The position numbers were made by a program, and so were the translations under genes. Below the pieces are notes generated by a model. The model saw nothing but the letters and a program-made list of their open reading frames with translations, was not told the DNA's origin and ran no database searches. DNA of 33,785 bases, taken from assembly GCA_964255285.1 (NCBI GenBank), contig CAXUUL010000091.1:1-33785 (forward strand). Direction: 5' to 3'. Within the stretch, counting starts at the first letter, position 1, and every line of letters starts with the position of its first letter. The stretch is from Ionaspis alba. Its lineage: Eukaryota. Positions 31,241 through 33,785 of the stretch are shown here, one piece after another.

Positions 31241-33519
31241 ATGATAGGTGTGTTCTCACGCCCCCTACATTCCCTCTCCTTCTTTCATGCCAATTGACCG
31301 TTGCCAGATCACGTCCTGGGTCGACCTTCTTTGAAGTTCCGCAAGATCCAAGTATTTGCTGTGGTATCATTCTGGTCATTATATCTGCTTCGGTAAGCAC
31401 ATGCTTTGTCCCCGAGAAATTGTCATGTCTCTTTTTAACAGTCGACTCCAGAGGCAATCATCATGGCCCTCCATTTCTTCGAAACATTTCTTCTCGTCTC
31501 TCCAAGCGATTGACTCCTTGGCAAACTCTTGTCATTACACTGTTGTGGCTCTACATCTCTCGAAACTTTGCAAAAATATGCGGCCTGGAATCCCCAGAAC
31601 CGCTTGCGAATCTCTACAATCGGTCGTACTTCCGTGCAACATGGATCACAACGGGGTTGGACGCGGGCTTCTGGACCGCGATGCGAATAAAGAAAAAGTG
31701 GTTGAGAGACTTAGCATCCATGGTCTTTAGTGTCTACTACCTGTTCGCTGCCGAGCAAGCCGACGAGAAGGTCAGAAAAGTACGGGCGACATTGACTGTG
31801 GATCACTTACGAGTCTCCTGGAACAAACCTACGACTCCATATCTTTCATTCTTCACTAAGCTCATGCGACCAAAATTGGCTCGATATCCGCCTCGATTGA
31901 TCCGTATTCCGAGACCCGCAGAGTCATCTTACAAAGAGCCTGTTCTGGCATGGCTTTACTACGATGGACCGTTTTCCACTATCGCCAATCACACAAAGAT
32001 CATACTCGATGTTCCTGGTGGTGGTTTTGTCGCCATGAGTCCAAGAACCAATGACGACAAGTTACTCGCATGGGCAGGCAGGACTGGTCTACCTGTCTTG
32101 AGTCTCGATTACAGGAAAGCCCCAGAGTATCCGTATCCTTACGCCTTGAATGAGTGCTACGATGTCTACCACACCTTGATTGCCACCCGTGGGCGCTGCA
32201 TTGGCTTGTCTGGTGCTACTCGACCACATATTGTGATAACGGGAGATAGCGCAGGAGGTAATCTTGCGACAGGAGTCGTGTTGATGATATTACAGTCAGC
32301 GGGCACTGAAGCTAGGAGATGGAATGACCAAGAGACACTGCCTGCTCCAGATGGATTGATTCTTATTTACCCTGGTCTGGACATGAATATCGGCAATTGG
32401 ATGACGGATGAACAAATGTCCTTGATCCAGGATCGAAAAACTCGTTCAACGAACAAGAACATCATTCGCCGTAAAAGCGAGGACTACTACAAACTTACGC
32501 CCACAACACCTCATCCCTCCGACAACGAACAAGAGCCAGACTGGTCTCCTCGAACATCGGCCTCTGCAGCCTCTCCTGATCCCGACATTCCTCCCGCTTC
32601 ACTCCCTTCGCCTCACATGGCTCATCTAATCCAACCCATGCCCACAACGGTGGCGCATAATCAAGCCTCTGTCGTCTCCTCCAAGCCCCGCACCCTCAAA
32701 ACCCGCCTTGCCATGTCCTCCATGATCTCCTATACCAACGACCGCATCCTGACCCCCGAAATGATGCGCGCCATGATTATCCTATATGTCGGCCCTCACA
32801 ACCGTCCAGACTTCTCGGCCGACTTCCTGCTGTCTCCTCTTCTCGCACCGGAAGCTCTGCTCGCCGAGTTTCCAAAAACTTATTTCCTGACTGGTGAGCG
32901 TGATCCCCTTGTCGACGATACAGTTATCTTTGCCGGTCGACTTCGACAAGCGAAGTACAATCGCTTTGTCCAGCGCAAGGAACTGGGATTGCTGAAAAGC
33001 AAAGATGTCTTCGATGAACGAGATCATGTTGAGGTTGCTCTCATTCCTGGGATTTCGCACGGCTTCCTGCAATTTGTGTCTATCTTCCCCGAGGGCTGGA
33101 AACACATCTTTCGATGTGCGAGATGGGCAGAGGAGATCTTTGCACGAGAGGAGGAGAGGAATGGAAACGGGCATGGCGGATATTTTGACAAAGGCGCTAA
33201 TGAGAGGCACCATCGGAGAGCGCTAACGGAGAGCTCGGGCGATGAGGATCGCCCGCTAGAAATGAGCTCTATACGTAGCGCGAACGGGAATGGTAGTGTG
33301 CATGGCGCAGGAAGTCCTGCGGGTAGTGCAGATGGTAGAAAAGCGGCTAAGGCCAGGGGAAGAGGTAGACGAGGAAGGGAGGGTAGGGAGGCTACGCCGA
33401 GGAGGCAGAAGAGTCTGGTCAGCTTGGCTAGCGAGGATGATCTTTTGGGACGGAGGATGAAAGGGTTGGCTGGAGGATTGATGGGAATGGGGATAGGGGA
33501 AGGCGTGGATACTCCTTGA
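31241..33519 (+). CDS. Hormone-sensitive lipase family alpha/beta hydrolase (Abhydrolase_3), 3 exons, 719 aa
   Basis: Exons 31241-31247 (ATGATAG), 31308-31392, 31452-33519 (2160 nt), giving MIDHVLGRPSLKFRKIQVFAVVSFWSLYLLRGNHHGPP. Oxyanion loop DVPGGGF, DYRKAPEYPYP, nucleophile GDSAGG, acid GERDPL and HGFL. Confidence 0.9.
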
Positions 33520-33785
33520 TATGTGGTTGAGAAACGAGTGTGATATGTAGGATTGTGAGTGTACAAATATGTAGAGCGGTTGAGGGCATAGTGAAAAGAA
33601 ATATTATTCATGACCATATACAATCTCCTGATGGACTCCCCGTTGTCATCCGTACGTCCAAATCGTGGTCGTCGTAGATTCATCACGTAGCATGCGTCCT
33701 TCCCTGACACTCAAAAGGCACTTTCTCCACCACTACATACATCCCCTCCTCCCATCAAAACCACCTCCTTACCCCTTTCCTCTCC

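Noticed and set aside
33024..33710. 228-aa minus-strand ORF
   Set aside because: It is antisense to the G-rich lipase 3' end, and its low-complexity Pro/Leu/Ser content is what that skew would produce.
1..33785. tRNA, rRNA, CRISPR arrays, transposase or retroelement ORFs, RIP-degraded AT-rich blocks
   Set aside because: None were seen: no cloverleaf with a T-loop consensus, no repeat-spacer array, no DDE or RT motifs and no extended AT-rich tract.

Overview
This is filamentous ascomycete (Pezizomycotina) genomic DNA with short GT-AG introns and CTRAC-type branch points. It has four 100-N scaffold gaps, three of them with duplicated flanks that look like assembly overlaps. I spliced 11 protein-coding genes by hand, and every model closes in frame. 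In order: fbp26 (PFK-2/FBPase-2, +); an uncharacterised 653-aa protein combining an N-terminal RRM-like module, a SesB-like alpha/beta hydrolase and a MIDAS-complete vWA domain (+); ppoA (linoleate 8R-dioxygenase/P450 diol synthase, -); pxa2 (peroxisomal ABCD half-transporter, -); an intronless 314-aa orphan ORF (-); arg8 (-), divergent from sdh8/SDHAF4 (+); trp5/trpB (fused tryptophan synthase, +); btn1 (-); rxt3 (+); and an HSL-family lipase (+). A ~160-bp MITE-like foldback element lies between pxa2 and the orphan ORF. The most unusual items are (1) the SesB-like hydrolase-vWA fusion, which resembles an NLR effector module with vWA in place of the NOD and sensor repeats and sits convergent with the oxylipin synthase, and (2) the TIR element plus orphan ORF, which may be bracketed by a third, degenerate TIR copy. 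All family assignments come from motif recognition by eye; no searches were run.
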